Assembly (NCBI GenBank): GCA_020725385.1
Contig: DYFC01000047.1
Coordinates: 1-34,131, forward strand
DNA from: Nitrospira japonica
GTDB lineage: Bacteria > Nitrospirota > Thermodesulfovibrionia > Thermodesulfovibrionales > SM23-35
Reading direction: 5' to 3'
Length of the DNA: 34,131 nt
Each line of letters opens with the position of its first letter. The stretch's first letter is position 1. Below are positions 1 to 9,544 of the stretch, piece after piece. The translations under genes were made by a program, and so were the position numbers. Below the pieces are notes generated by a model. The model saw only the letters and a list, made by a program, of their open reading frames with translations, was not told where the DNA came from and did not search any database.

Positions 1-252
1 TCTTTCAGGATTATTTTCAACAAATACTGATTTTTTAGCGCCTCTTGATAAAGCTTCAAAGCCAACAGTTCCTGTTCCTGCATATAAATCAAGGAATATT
101 GCACCATTTATTTTATCTCTTATAATATTAAACAGTGCTTCTCTGACTTTTGAGGTAGTTGGTCTGAGTCTGTATTCTTTATCCCCTTTTTTCCTTAAAA
201 GACCTGCTGAACCTATTTTTCTACCCTTTGCGATTCCGCCTGATATTCTCAT
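1..252 (-). CDS. rsmD: 16S rRNA (guanine966-N2) methyltransferase RsmD, 5' part (runs off window)
   Basis: Manual translation from ATG 252: MRISGGIAKGRKI...LRPTTSKVREALFNI...FLDLYAGTGTVGFEALSRGA; typical RsmD N-terminus and SAM-binding motif. Confidence 0.92.
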   Translation of the reverse strand, partial: MRISGGIAKGRKIGSAGLLRKKGDKEYRLRPTTSKVREALFNIIRDKINGAIFLDLYAGTGTVGFEALSRGAKKSVFVENNPER

Positions 253-300
253 TTGACTATATCTTACTACAAGAAATCAGGTGCTGCAAGAAATATAAAA

Positions 301-735
301 TTACAATTTTAAAAGAGTTAAGCCTGATACTGGATCAAGTTCTCTTTTTGCATTGACTCCTTCTATTTCAATAATTACTATTTCAAGAACTAAAAATGTT
401 GAAGATTCACCCCTGAGACATCCGACTTTTACATTATCTTTTTTCCCGAATGCTCCGTGAAAATGTACTTTTGGTTCGTTTTCCTGCCAGAATATAGTAC
501 CTATTCCTAACATTTCGGTACTTTCATTCATTTCACGCCATACAGGTACAGGCGGCATCTCTTCTTTCTCAGGACCAACTACTATTTTGCCCTGTTTTAT
601 TCCGCCAAGCAGATAACATATTGCACTTTTTACATTTTCTTTCTTTGCAATATCAATTATTGCTCCTAAAATATCTTCCTTATCTTCAAGTCTGCCAACA
701 AGAATTCTTCCACATTTTCCTACTTGATATTTCAT
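301..735 (-). CDS. PPC domain / DUF296 putative DNA-binding protein
   Basis: GRILVGRLEDKEDIL and EMLGIGTIF...PKVHFHGAFG motifs; AGGAGG before ATG 735 favours this start over 801. Confidence 0.85.
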   Translation of the reverse strand: MKYQVGKCGRILVGRLEDKEDILGAIIDIAKKENVKSAICYLLGGIKQGKIVVGPEKEEMPPVPVWREMNESTEMLGIGTIFWQENEPKVHFHGAFGKKDNVKVGCLRGESSTFLVLEIVIIEIEGVNAKRELDPVSGLTLLKL

Positions 736-1010
736 AAAAACCTCCTGATTTTTATTAGAGTATTTTAACCCGAATAATGCTAACATTGCTAAAAAAATCA
801 TTCATCATATCCAGTTTCTGTGAAACTAATTTTTTATATTTATATTAATAACCCAATAACATACAACGAACAATGGCTATCCGGTATCGGAAAATAAATT
901 TTTTCACATTATCAGCATTATTTTAGTTGCATTTTTGGGCGTTAAGATACCAAATTTGCTTTCCGATCAAGAATATTAAAGATAAATATATATCTTTTAC
1001 AATGAACTTA

Positions 1011-1019
1011 TGATATAAT
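1011..1019 (+). promoter_or_regulatory. Extended -10 element TGATATAAT upstream of ompA-like gene
   Basis: Exact TGnTATAAT match. Confidence 0.45.
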
Positions 1020-1138
1020 TTTTCTAATCATTCAGAAAATAAAATATGCTACTTTTTTAAAATAAAAGGAGGTGATATATGATATTATTTTCAGGAATGG
1101 CAGCAAATCGATAAATTATTCTTGAAGGAGGTGCAAAA

Positions 1139-1804
1139 GTGAAATTAAATAAAAAATTCTTTATTATCTTTCCTTTATTAATTGCTTTATCATTCCTTTT
1201 CGGCTGTGCAGGACTTGAATTTGCCCCCAAAAAAGGGGTCTGGATGTATCCAAAGGAACTCGTCTCTGCTGACAGAGCCGTAACCACAGCTCAGAAAACA
1301 GGTAAAGATAAAGAATGTCCGGTTGAATTTAAAGATGCGAAAATGGCAACCGAAAAAGCTTATGATACTTATCTTAAATGTAACACAAAAGAAGCAATTG
1401 CGATGGCTAAAGATGCTGAAGCTAAAACAAAAGCTTTATGCCCTAAACATCCCAAAGTTATTGCCAAATTTACTCTCACCATAAATTTCGATTTTGATAA
1501 ATCTAAAATCAGAAAATCTGATAAAGAACAACTTCAGAAAGCTATAGAATTCATTAAAAAATATCCAAATAATAAAGTTATATTACAGGGACACACTTGC
1601 TCTATTGGCTCTAAAAAATATAATCTGAAGCTCTCTGAACGCAGAGCACTTGCAACTAAAAAATATCTTGTTAAAAATGGAGCATTAGATCCTCAAAGAA
1701 TTACAACAGAAGGTATGGGTGAAGAATCGCCTGTTGCCTCTAATAAAACTAAAGCAGGACGTGAGAAAAACAGGAGGGTTGAGATACTTATATTAGAAAA
1801 TTAA
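1139..1804 (+). CDS. OmpA-family peptidoglycan-binding lipoprotein
   Basis: Lipobox LFGC; C-terminal INFDFDKS...GHTCSIG...YNLKLSERRA...NRRVE; GGAGGTG RBS. Confidence 0.9.
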   Translation: MKLNKKFFIIFPLLIALSFLFGCAGLEFAPKKGVWMYPKELVSADRAVTTAQKTGKDKECPVEFKDAKMATEKAYDTYLKCNTKEAIAMAKDAEAKTKALCPKHPKVIAKFTLTINFDFDKSKIRKSDKEQLQKAIEFIKKYPNNKVILQGHTCSIGSKKYNLKLSERRALATKKYLVKNGALDPQRITTEGMGEESPVASNKTKAGREKNRRVEILILEN

Positions 1805-1825
1805 TTTCATCACTTTATATAACTG

Positions 1826-1862
1826 AAAAGAAGAGCAGGTTTGAACCTGCTCTTCTTTTTTT
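1826..1862 (+). terminator. Rho-independent terminator
   Basis: AAAAGAAGAGCAGGT / ACCTGCTCTTCTTTT perfect stem followed by T run. Confidence 0.88.
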
Positions 1863-1908
1863 ACCAGGAAACTTCATTTTTCGGGTTAATATTCTGGAGG
1901 ATAATTTT

Positions 1909-3702
1909 ATGCATAAAGGAATATGGGATCTTACACCACTTTTTAAAAACGACAATGACCCTGAAATTGAAAATAAACGCAAACTAACCGAAAAGCTAAG
2001 TTATGATTTCATTAATAAATGGAAACACAGAAGAGATTATTTAAAGAATCCTCAAATACTTAAAGAGGCTCTTGATGATTACGAAAAATGGAAGAGAAAA
2101 TGTGGTTCTGAAGGAGATGAAGGATATTATTTCTGGCTTAGGACAACACAGGATCAAAATAACCCTGAATTAAAAGCTAAATTTAATACAATCGAGCATA
2201 TTAGCAAAAAAATTGAGAATGATATACAGTTTTTTTATCTAAGAATTGCAAGAATCCTAAAAACTGACCAAAAAAAATTTCTTGATTTTAAAGGACTTAA
2301 AAATTATAGGCATTATCTTGAAAGACTTTTTAATGAATCAAAATATTTACTCAAAGAAAATGAAGAAAAAATCATAAACCTTAAGTCATCAACATCACAC
2401 TCTAATTGGGTGAAGATGACTTCAAGTTTTCTTTCTAAAGAAGAAAGAGTTGTTCTTTCTGAAGAAGGTAAAAAACAGAATAAAAACTTCTCTGAATTAA
2501 TGAGTCTTATGAACAGCAAAAATAAAAATGTTAGAGACTCTGCAGCAAAAGCTTTCAACGATATTCTAATAAAACATGCTGATGTTGCTGAAGCAGAAAT
2601 AAATTCAGTTCTTGCAAATAAAATGATTGATGATGAATTGCGTAAAATGCCAAGACCTGATATAGCAAGACACATCAGCGATGATATTGAAACAGAAGTT
2701 GTTGACACAATTATTGAAACAGTTTGTAGCCATTTTGATATATCTTCGGAATATTATTTCTTAAAAGCAAAGTTACTTAATGTTAAAAAATTAAAATATC
2801 ATGAAAGAAACGTTGAGTTTGGCAATATTTCAAAAAGTTACAGCTATAATGATTCTGTAAAACTAATTCAGAGTGTTCTAAAAAAACTTGATTCCCGTTT
2901 TTATAACATTTTCATGAAATTTATTAATAATAATCAAATAGATGTTTATCCAAAGAAAGGTAAAGTAAGCGGCGCATTTTGTGCGCATAATCTTATATCA
3001 CAACCTACTTATATTTTATTGAATCATACAGGTAAGCTTAACGATGTGCTAACTTTTGCCCATGAAGTTGGTCATGGAATAAATAACGAATTGATAAAAG
3101 AAAAACAGAATGCCCTTAATTTTGGAACTCCTCTATCAACAGCAGAAGTTGCAAGCACTTTTATGGAAGATTTTGTTCTTGCAGAGATACTAAAAAATGC
3201 TGATGATGAATCGAGACTTGCAATCATGATGATGAAATTAAATGACGATATTTCAACTATCTTTAGACAGGCTGCATGTTACAGATTTGAACAAGAACTT
3301 CATACTGCCTTCAGGAAAAAAGGTTATCTATCAAAAAATGAAATAGGATTAATGTTTCAGAAACATATGACCGCATATATGGGTGAAGCAGTGGAACAGT
3401 CTCCCGGTTCTGAAAACTGGTGGATATACTGGAGTCATATTAGAAGTTTTTTCTATGTTTACTCTTACGCAAGCGGTCTGCTTATATCTAAATCTCTACA
3501 GAATTCCTATAGAAAAGACCATAAATTTATTGAAAAAATAATTAGTTTCCTCTCATCAGGCTTATCAGATTCACCGAAAAATATCTTCAAAAAACTCGGA
3601 ATTGATATAACTGATTTTAAATTTTGGGAAACAGGTATTAAAGAAGTAGAATCATTGCTCGATGAAACAACTGAACTTGCAATAAAACTTGGTAAGATTT
3701 AA
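1909..3702 (+). CDS. pepF: Oligoendopeptidase F (M3B zinc peptidase)
   Basis: WDL N-terminus, GKVSGAFC, HEVGH zinc motif, AEVASTFME, FYVYSYA. Confidence 0.9.
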   Translation: MHKGIWDLTPLFKNDNDPEIENKRKLTEKLSYDFINKWKHRRDYLKNPQILKEALDDYEKWKRKCGSEGDEGYYFWLRTTQDQNNPELKAKFNTIEHISKKIENDIQFFYLRIARILKTDQKKFLDFKGLKNYRHYLERLFNESKYLLKENEEKIINLKSSTSHSNWVKMTSSFLSKEERVVLSEEGKKQNKNFSELMSLMNSKNKNVRDSAAKAFNDILIKHADVAEAEINSVLANKMIDDELRKMPRPDIARHISDDIETEVVDTIIETVCSHFDISSEYYFLKAKLLNVKKLKYHERNVEFGNISKSYSYNDSVKLIQSVLKKLDSRFYNIFMKFINNNQIDVYPKKGKVSGAFCAHNLISQPTYILLNHTGKLNDVLTFAHEVGHGINNELIKEKQNALNFGTPLSTAEVASTFMEDFVLAEILKNADDESRLAIMMMKLNDDISTIFRQAACYRFEQELHTAFRKKGYLSKNEIGLMFQKHMTAYMGEAVEQSPGSENWWIYWSHIRSFFYVYSYASGLLISKSLQNSYRKDHKFIEKIISFLSSGLSDSPKNIFKKLGIDITDFKFWETGIKEVESLLDETTELAIKLGKI

Positions 3703-3710
3703 TAAAAAAA

Positions 3711-3731
3711 TCCCCCTTGGAGAAAGGGGGA
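3711..3731. terminator. GC hairpin between convergent genes
   Basis: TCCCCCTT-GGAGA-AAGGGGGA; A runs on both sides give a U tail only on the minus strand. Confidence 0.5.
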
Positions 3732-3769
3732 AAAAAGAGGGGTTGAGAAAGAAAGCCTGATTTACAGGC

Positions 3770-5173
3770 TTATGCTGCTTCTAAAACAAAATGGGATGAT
3801 TCCTTATTTTCATATGCCATAAGGGGGAAATATATATTAAATTTAGTGCCTTTGCCTTCTTTACTAAAACAATCAATATAACCTTTATGCTGTCTTACTA
3901 TTCCATATGTTGCAGATAAACCGAGACCTTCACCTTTGCCTACATCTTTTGTGGTAAAGAAAGGATCAAATATACGATGTTTTATACTTTCTTTTATTCC
4001 TGTACCATTATCTTTAAAAGATATACATACATATTTACCCGGATTGCCGTATCCTTTTGAAGCAATATACTCGCTGTTTAATTCTTTTAGATTTGTTTCG
4101 ATTGAAATCTCTCCTCCTCCGGACATAGCATCTATAGCATTATCTAAAAGATTTATGATTAATTTCTCAATCTGATTTTTATCAGCAATTATTACTGGCT
4201 CATTTTCAGTTAGTTTCAAGTTAATAGTGATATTTTCGCTAACATAACCCTTAATTGAACGCTCAATACCTCTTAAAAATTCATTTAGATTTACCGGACA
4301 CGGATTAATAATACTCTTACAGCTATAAGTGAGCAAACTACTTGTAATATTATTAACTTTATCCGACACCTCGAGTATTTTCTCTATATATTGAAGTGCT
4401 GGCTCATTATTGTTGAGTTTCATTTTTGCGAGATTTCCATAACATACAATAGCAGCAAGCATGTTGTTAAAGTTATGAGCAATACCTCCAGCCAGAGTTC
4501 CTATTGATTCCATCTTCTTTTCATCAAAATTAAGTTCATCAATTTTTATGTTTTCAGTTACATCCCGCATTGTCTGTGCACAATACATTACATTTCCATC
4601 ATGGTCTTTAACAGGATATGAGGTTATTTCCATATAGATACATCCCCTTTCCGGATCAAAATGTCTTTTTATAAACTTAAAAGGTGCTCCGGTTTCAAAA
4701 ACTCTCATAACAGGGCATATCTCACCCGATTCATAACAGGGTGTCTCCAAGCCGTGCAAAACTTCAAAGCAATGTTTTATATTTGCATTAGAGAACCTTT
4801 GGTTCGAACAAATAAATCTTTTAAATGCTTCATTTACTTTTATAATTCTTAGATTTCTATCCAGAACAATTAAACTATCTTCAAGATTTTGAAAAACATT
4901 TTCTATCAAATTTTCTGATATTTCTCTTCTCATTAGAGCTCGCTGAAGTTTTTTCATGCTCAAACAAAGGTAATAAATTATTCCGGCAGATACAACTGCA
5001 AAAAAAACAAAAAGCAATGAATTTATATTAGTAGTAAATAAACTTCTAAATCCTGAACCATTCAGAATATTTGCTATAAAAAGAAGCATAGCAAGAAAAC
5101 TTGTAGAGATAATAATCATATTTTTTTTGTTCCTACATAAATCATATGACGTAACAATAAGGTTCATGCACAC
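3770..5173 (-). CDS. Membrane PAS-domain sensor histidine kinase (NtrB-like, no receiver)
   Basis: Two TM helices, PAS, H-box GGIAHNFNN, N-box NLLDNAIDA, DNGTG, FDPFFTTK, GEGLGLS; true start may be ATG 5167 or 5119. Confidence 0.92.
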   Translation of the reverse strand: MCMNLIVTSYDLCRNKKNMIIISTSFLAMLLFIANILNGSGFRSLFTTNINSLLFVFFAVVSAGIIYYLCLSMKKLQRALMRREISENLIENVFQNLEDSLIVLDRNLRIIKVNEAFKRFICSNQRFSNANIKHCFEVLHGLETPCYESGEICPVMRVFETGAPFKFIKRHFDPERGCIYMEITSYPVKDHDGNVMYCAQTMRDVTENIKIDELNFDEKKMESIGTLAGGIAHNFNNMLAAIVCYGNLAKMKLNNNEPALQYIEKILEVSDKVNNITSSLLTYSCKSIINPCPVNLNEFLRGIERSIKGYVSENITINLKLTENEPVIIADKNQIEKLIINLLDNAIDAMSGGGEISIETNLKELNSEYIASKGYGNPGKYVCISFKDNGTGIKESIKHRIFDPFFTTKDVGKGEGLGLSATYGIVRQHKGYIDCFSKEGKGTKFNIYFPLMAYENKESSHFVLEAA

Positions 5174-5178
5174 TATAA

Positions 5179-5194
5179 TTCAAGTAACATGCCA
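5179..5194 (-). promoter_or_regulatory. Putative sigma54 -24/-12 promoter of the kinase gene
   Basis: TGGCATGTTACTTGAA (GG-N10-GA, one deviation from GC). Confidence 0.5.
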
Positions 5195-5221
5195 GTTTAT
5201 TAAATAATTATTATTCTTTAA

Positions 5222-5234
5222 TATCAATGAGTTA
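5222..5234 (+). promoter_or_regulatory. IHF-like binding site
   Basis: TATCAATGAGTTA matches WATCAANNNNTTR, between the -24 box and the upstream repeat motif. Confidence 0.45.
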
Positions 5235-5263
5235 TATTTTTTATTTGTCATTTTTATTCGCAT

Positions 5264-5296
5264 TTCTCATTCTCATTCTCATAATGAGAATAAGAA
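5264..5296. promoter_or_regulatory. TTCTCA/TGAGAA hexamer array with inverted core; putative regulator site
   Basis: TTCTCA x3, TAA, TGAGAA, TAAGAA; same motif at 27656-27689. Confidence 0.5.
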
Positions 5297-5389
5297 AAAT
5301 GAATTTTTATTTAGATATTTCACTTGTTTATCTTTTCAAGGTAAAATATACTTTGTGAATTTTATAAAATTTTCTGGAGAGGTTTAAAC

Positions 5390-6688
5390 ATGAGAAAAAA
5401 TATTTATTTTTACTTTACTATTCTTTTACTATTGTGTTCTTTTGTTCTTTTATCCCAATATGCCCTTGCAGAAACATTGGAAGATGCATGGGAAATTGCT
5501 TTATCTGTAGATAATCGTTTAATAGCAGGTCAAAAAAATGTTGATGCTATGGAACAATCTCTTCTTGCTGCAAAATCAAGCCGTTTGCCAAATATAAGCA
5601 TAGAAAGTACATATACTATCCTGAATGAATCTCCAGCAGCAATTTTAAGCATACCCGGTATGCCTTCTAACCAGATTACAATGTCTGAAGATAAAAGTCT
5701 TTCTTATAAAACTTTTGTCACATTGCCGGTATTTACTGGTGGAAAAATAACTAATGGAATAAATGCCGCTTCCTCGAATTTTAAAGCATCGGTCAGCGAA
5801 CTTAAGAAGACCTCACTTGATATTAAGCTTAATGTTACAGAAGCATATACAAATGTTCTTCGTGCGAAACATTGGGTTGAGGTTGCTGAAAGCAACGTGA
5901 AAAGTCTCTCATCGCACGTGCATGATGTGTCCAATCTTTATGAACAGGGTATGATTACAAAAAATGAACTTCTTGCTGCAAATGTTTCACTTGCTGATGC
6001 TAATCAGCGTTTAATTCAGGCAAAAAATAATCTTGATAATGCAAAGGCAGCATATAATAGGCTACTCGGACGGAGTCTTGAAAAAGAGGTTGAAATAGAA
6101 GATATAAATGCAGAAGAAGTTCAGATAGATATAGATTCTTTAACATCTTTGGCTTTACAAAACAGACCCGAGCTATCTTCTCTTTCAGAACAGGCTGATT
6201 CAATACGGTTTCAGGCAGATACTGTCAGAGCATCACTTTATCCACAAATTGCCTTCAGCGCCGGATATAATTATCAGCAAAATAAGTATCAGGCATATGA
6301 AGGTTTATGGACAGCTATTCTTGGTTTGAAATGGGAAATATTTGATGGCGGTATAGTAAAGCACAATGCTAATGCATTGCTTATGAAAGCTGATTCTATC
6401 AGTAAACTCCGTGAAGATGCATCATCAATTATAAAATTACAGGTACGTCAGGCATGTCTTGATGTACAGGAAACTTTAAAGAGAATTGATGTCACAAAGG
6501 ATGCCTTAAAACAGTCAGAGGAAAACCTCAGGGTAACAAGGGATAGATACAGAGAGGGTGTAGGAACAAACACTGAAGTGCTTGATGCAGAGGCTTTAAG
6601 AGTAAAGAGCTATAGCAATTATTATAATGCTGTTTATGATGCTGTTATAGCACAATATAGATTGAAATACGTAACAGGAAACTTATGA
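5390..6688 (+). CDS. TolC-family outer membrane efflux protein
   Basis: Signal peptide, ETLEDAW, two OEP repeats (LPVFTGG; WEIFDGG), RYREGVGTNTEVLDA. Confidence 0.9.
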   Translation: MRKNIYFYFTILLLLCSFVLLSQYALAETLEDAWEIALSVDNRLIAGQKNVDAMEQSLLAAKSSRLPNISIESTYTILNESPAAILSIPGMPSNQITMSEDKSLSYKTFVTLPVFTGGKITNGINAASSNFKASVSELKKTSLDIKLNVTEAYTNVLRAKHWVEVAESNVKSLSSHVHDVSNLYEQGMITKNELLAANVSLADANQRLIQAKNNLDNAKAAYNRLLGRSLEKEVEIEDINAEEVQIDIDSLTSLALQNRPELSSLSEQADSIRFQADTVRASLYPQIAFSAGYNYQQNKYQAYEGLWTAILGLKWEIFDGGIVKHNANALLMKADSISKLREDASSIIKLQVRQACLDVQETLKRIDVTKDALKQSEENLRVTRDRYREGVGTNTEVLDAEALRVKSYSNYYNAVYDAVIAQYRLKYVTGNL

Positions 6689-8305
6689 ATTAGAATTTTT
6701 TTCTTTTATAATTTCCTTGAATATCTGCCGATTTATATCGCTTTCTTTTGTTGCTACAATAGTTCTCATCGAAAATACACGTAGAGCATCTGAAACAGAA
6801 AGGGTTCCCTCTCCTGAATCTTTTCTTCCTGCAAAAGGAAAAATGTCAGGACCTCTCTGGCACATACTATTGATGTTTATCCTGCAAACCTGATTAACAA
6901 GTATATCAACTAATTTTCCAATAATTTCTGGATTGTTTCCAAAAATACTTGCTTGCTGACCATAGCTTGACTTGATTATATATTTTACAGGCTCCTCAAT
7001 ATTTTCAAATGGAACAATTGGTACAACAGGGCCGAATTGTTCTTCGTGATAGATTCTCATTCTTTCATTCACAGGATAAATCACAGCAGGATAGAATAAA
7101 GTCTTATATAAGACACCGCCTGATTTATTAATAACTTTTGCTCCTTTTACAGTTGAGTCTTTAATAAGTTCTGAAAGATATTCTGCTTTATTCGGGACAG
7201 GAAGAGGTGTAATTACTACACTTTCATCCCATGGCATTCCAATTTTTAGTTTTCCAAGACCTTCTGTAAATTGTTCAATAAATAATTTTACTATCTTCTT
7301 ATGAACGAATATTATTTTAAGCGCAGTACATCTTTGACCATTAAAAGTAAGACTTCCATTTAAGCATTCTCTTATTGCAAGTTCCATATCAGCATCCGGC
7401 AGAACAATAGCAGGATTTTTTGCTTCAAGTCCTAATATAGAACGCAATCTGAGAGGTTTTGGATGGTGCGTTTTTAATAGTTCCGCTGTTTTACTTGAAC
7501 CTATGAACGCAAGAACGTCAATGAGACCTGATGACATTAAAGGTAAAAGAATCTCCTTGCCTTCTCCATATACAGTATTGATAACTCCGGGAGGAAATAT
7601 TTCATGAAATAATTTCAATATAGGGTAATGTAGAAGTACTCCTATTTTAGGTGGTTTAAAAACAACTGTATTACCCATCAAGAGAGCAGGTATTAAAGTA
7701 CTAAAGGTCTCATTCAATGGATAATTATATGGTCCTGTACACAAAACCACACCTAAAGGTGCTCTTCTGATTTGTCCTATTATGCCTTGTTCTATGACAA
7801 ATCTTGACGAAGCCTGTTCAATATCTTTCAGAGCATAAATAGTGTTTTGTATATAATCAATAGTTCTTTCAAACTCCTTTAAAGACTCATGTAAGGATTT
7901 ACCTATCTCCCACATCATAAGAAGAATTATTTCTTTCTTTTTTTCTTTAATTAGAAAAAGGAATTTTTCGATATATTTAATTCTCTCAATAACAGATAAG
8001 CACGGCCAGAACCCTCTTCCATTGTCATATGCTTTAACTGCCGAGAACAATGCTGTCATAGCTTCTTTTTTTGTAAGAAGCGGATAATAACCTATTAATT
8101 TTTTCTTTAGACCTTTGTTATCTTTAATAAGAATTGGTGAAAATACTTTTCTTTTCCTGCCTTTCCATAAAAGCATTTCACCATTTATTAGATATTCATC
8201 TTGTTTGATTGGTTGGGTGAGCTTAAACTCATACGGTATTCGTTCTTCTCTTGGAAAAAGCTCTTTTATTTTTTCTTCATCAAACATACTTTTCATATTT
8301 TGCAA
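6683..8305 (-). CDS. gapN: Non-phosphorylating NADP-dependent glyceraldehyde-3-phosphate dehydrogenase (ALDH family)
   Basis: GPYNYPLNE, FIGSS, LGLEAKNP, catalytic GQRCTA, EEQFGP, CQRGPDIFPF. Confidence 0.85.
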   Translation of the reverse strand: MQNMKSMFDEEKIKELFPREERIPYEFKLTQPIKQDEYLINGEMLLWKGRKRKVFSPILIKDNKGLKKKLIGYYPLLTKKEAMTALFSAVKAYDNGRGFWPCLSVIERIKYIEKFLFLIKEKKKEIILLMMWEIGKSLHESLKEFERTIDYIQNTIYALKDIEQASSRFVIEQGIIGQIRRAPLGVVLCTGPYNYPLNETFSTLIPALLMGNTVVFKPPKIGVLLHYPILKLFHEIFPPGVINTVYGEGKEILLPLMSSGLIDVLAFIGSSKTAELLKTHHPKPLRLRSILGLEAKNPAIVLPDADMELAIRECLNGSLTFNGQRCTALKIIFVHKKIVKLFIEQFTEGLGKLKIGMPWDESVVITPLPVPNKAEYLSELIKDSTVKGAKVINKSGGVLYKTLFYPAVIYPVNERMRIYHEEQFGPVVPIVPFENIEEPVKYIIKSSYGQQASIFGNNPEIIGKLVDILVNQVCRININSMCQRGPDIFPFAGRKDSGEGTLSVSDALRVFSMRTIVATKESDINRQIFKEIIKEKNSNS

Positions 8306-8428
8306 ATGTATATTATACCTCAGTTTTAGATTTATTTTTTAATTTAACCGAAAAAATACCTGTAATTCACGGTGAATAAGGTAGACGATACTTTAAAATC
8401 AAGTTAAAATAATAGTCATAAAAAAAAC

Positions 8429-9544
8429 ATGACAAATAATATTGATATAATAGAGGTAAAATCACAGAAAGAACTTAATAAATTCATTAGCTTTCCATTT
8501 AAACTTTATAAAAATGATCCCTACTATGTGTCTCCTTTGATTTCAGATTTAAAAAAACAGTTTTCAGAAAAAAATCCTTTTTTCCTACATTCAAAAGTTC
8601 GTTATTTCATTGCCAAAAAAGAAGGCAATACTGTGGGCAGGATTGTTTCAATTATAAACCATAGACATATAGAGTTTCATAATGAAAATGCAGGATTTTT
8701 TGGATTTTTTGAGTCAATAAATGACCAGAAAGTTGCAAACGCATTGCTATCAACAGTTTCCTTAGAACTAAAAGAAAACGACATGGAAATAATGCGTGGT
8801 CCAATGAATTTTTCGACTAATGAAGAGTGCGGATTTTTATTTGAAGGATATGATAGTCCACCCATGCTTATGATGCCATATAATCCTCAATATTATCACA
8901 CTCTTATGGAAAATTATGGGATGCAAAAAGCAAAAGACCTTTTTGCGTATATTCTTAATACACCGGATGAATTACCAAAAAAAATACACAGAGTTGCTGA
9001 GATAGCTTCTAAATTCGGTATTACTGTAAGACAAATTGATAAAAAAAACTTTGAACGAGATATGAGGATTTTTAAAGAAGTTTATAATTCAGCATGGGCA
9101 AAAAACTGGGGATTTATACCTATAACTGATGAAGAACTTGTTTTTCTTGGCAATAATCTTAAGCCTGTAGTCGTGCCTGATATGACGATTATCGCAGAAA
9201 AGGACACAGAACCGGTAGGATTCTTAGGGCTATTACCTGATTATAATTTTGTCTTAAAGCATATGAAAGGCAAATTAAATCCTTTGACCATAATAAAAGC
9301 GCTTTATTATTCAAAAAAAATAAAAGATTTAAGAATGCTTCTTCTCGGCACAAAACCCGACTACCGTAACAAAGGAGTTGATGCTTTGCTTTTTAGAGAA
9401 GCCTTCAAAGGTGTTAAACGCGGGGGTTACAAACGAGTCGATTTTTCATGGATACTTGAAGATAATATACCTGTTCAAAGACTTGTTGAAATGATTGGCG
9501 GTAGATTGTATAAAAAATACAGGATATATGAAAAGAAGATTTAA
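8429..9544 (+). CDS. GNAT-family N-acetyltransferase (YghO-like)
   Basis: GFFGFFE, GPMNFSTNEECG, WAKNWGF, YRNKGVD, SWILEDN motifs. Confidence 0.8.
   Translation: MTNNIDIIEVKSQKELNKFISFPFKLYKNDPYYVSPLISDLKKQFSEKNPFFLHSKVRYFIAKKEGNTVGRIVSIINHRHIEFHNENAGFFGFFESINDQKVANALLSTVSLELKENDMEIMRGPMNFSTNEECGFLFEGYDSPPMLMMPYNPQYYHTLMENYGMQKAKDLFAYILNTPDELPKKIHRVAEIASKFGITVRQIDKKNFERDMRIFKEVYNSAWAKNWGFIPITDEELVFLGNNLKPVVVPDMTIIAEKDTEPVGFLGLLPDYNFVLKHMKGKLNPLTIIKALYYSKKIKDLRMLLLGTKPDYRNKGVDALLFREAFKGVKRGGYKRVDFSWILEDNIPVQRLVEMIGGRLYKKYRIYEKKI

Noticed and set aside
736-801. Longer N-termini from the ORF track (801, 11253, 14042, 27362, 30767, 31209)
   Set aside because: Downstream ATGs have better RBS or context; the extensions overlap repeats, promoters or other genes
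5390-6688. TolC as part of the cytochrome export system
   Set aside because: Opposite strand, separated by unrelated genes, with no adaptor or transporter nearby; no evidence of linkage
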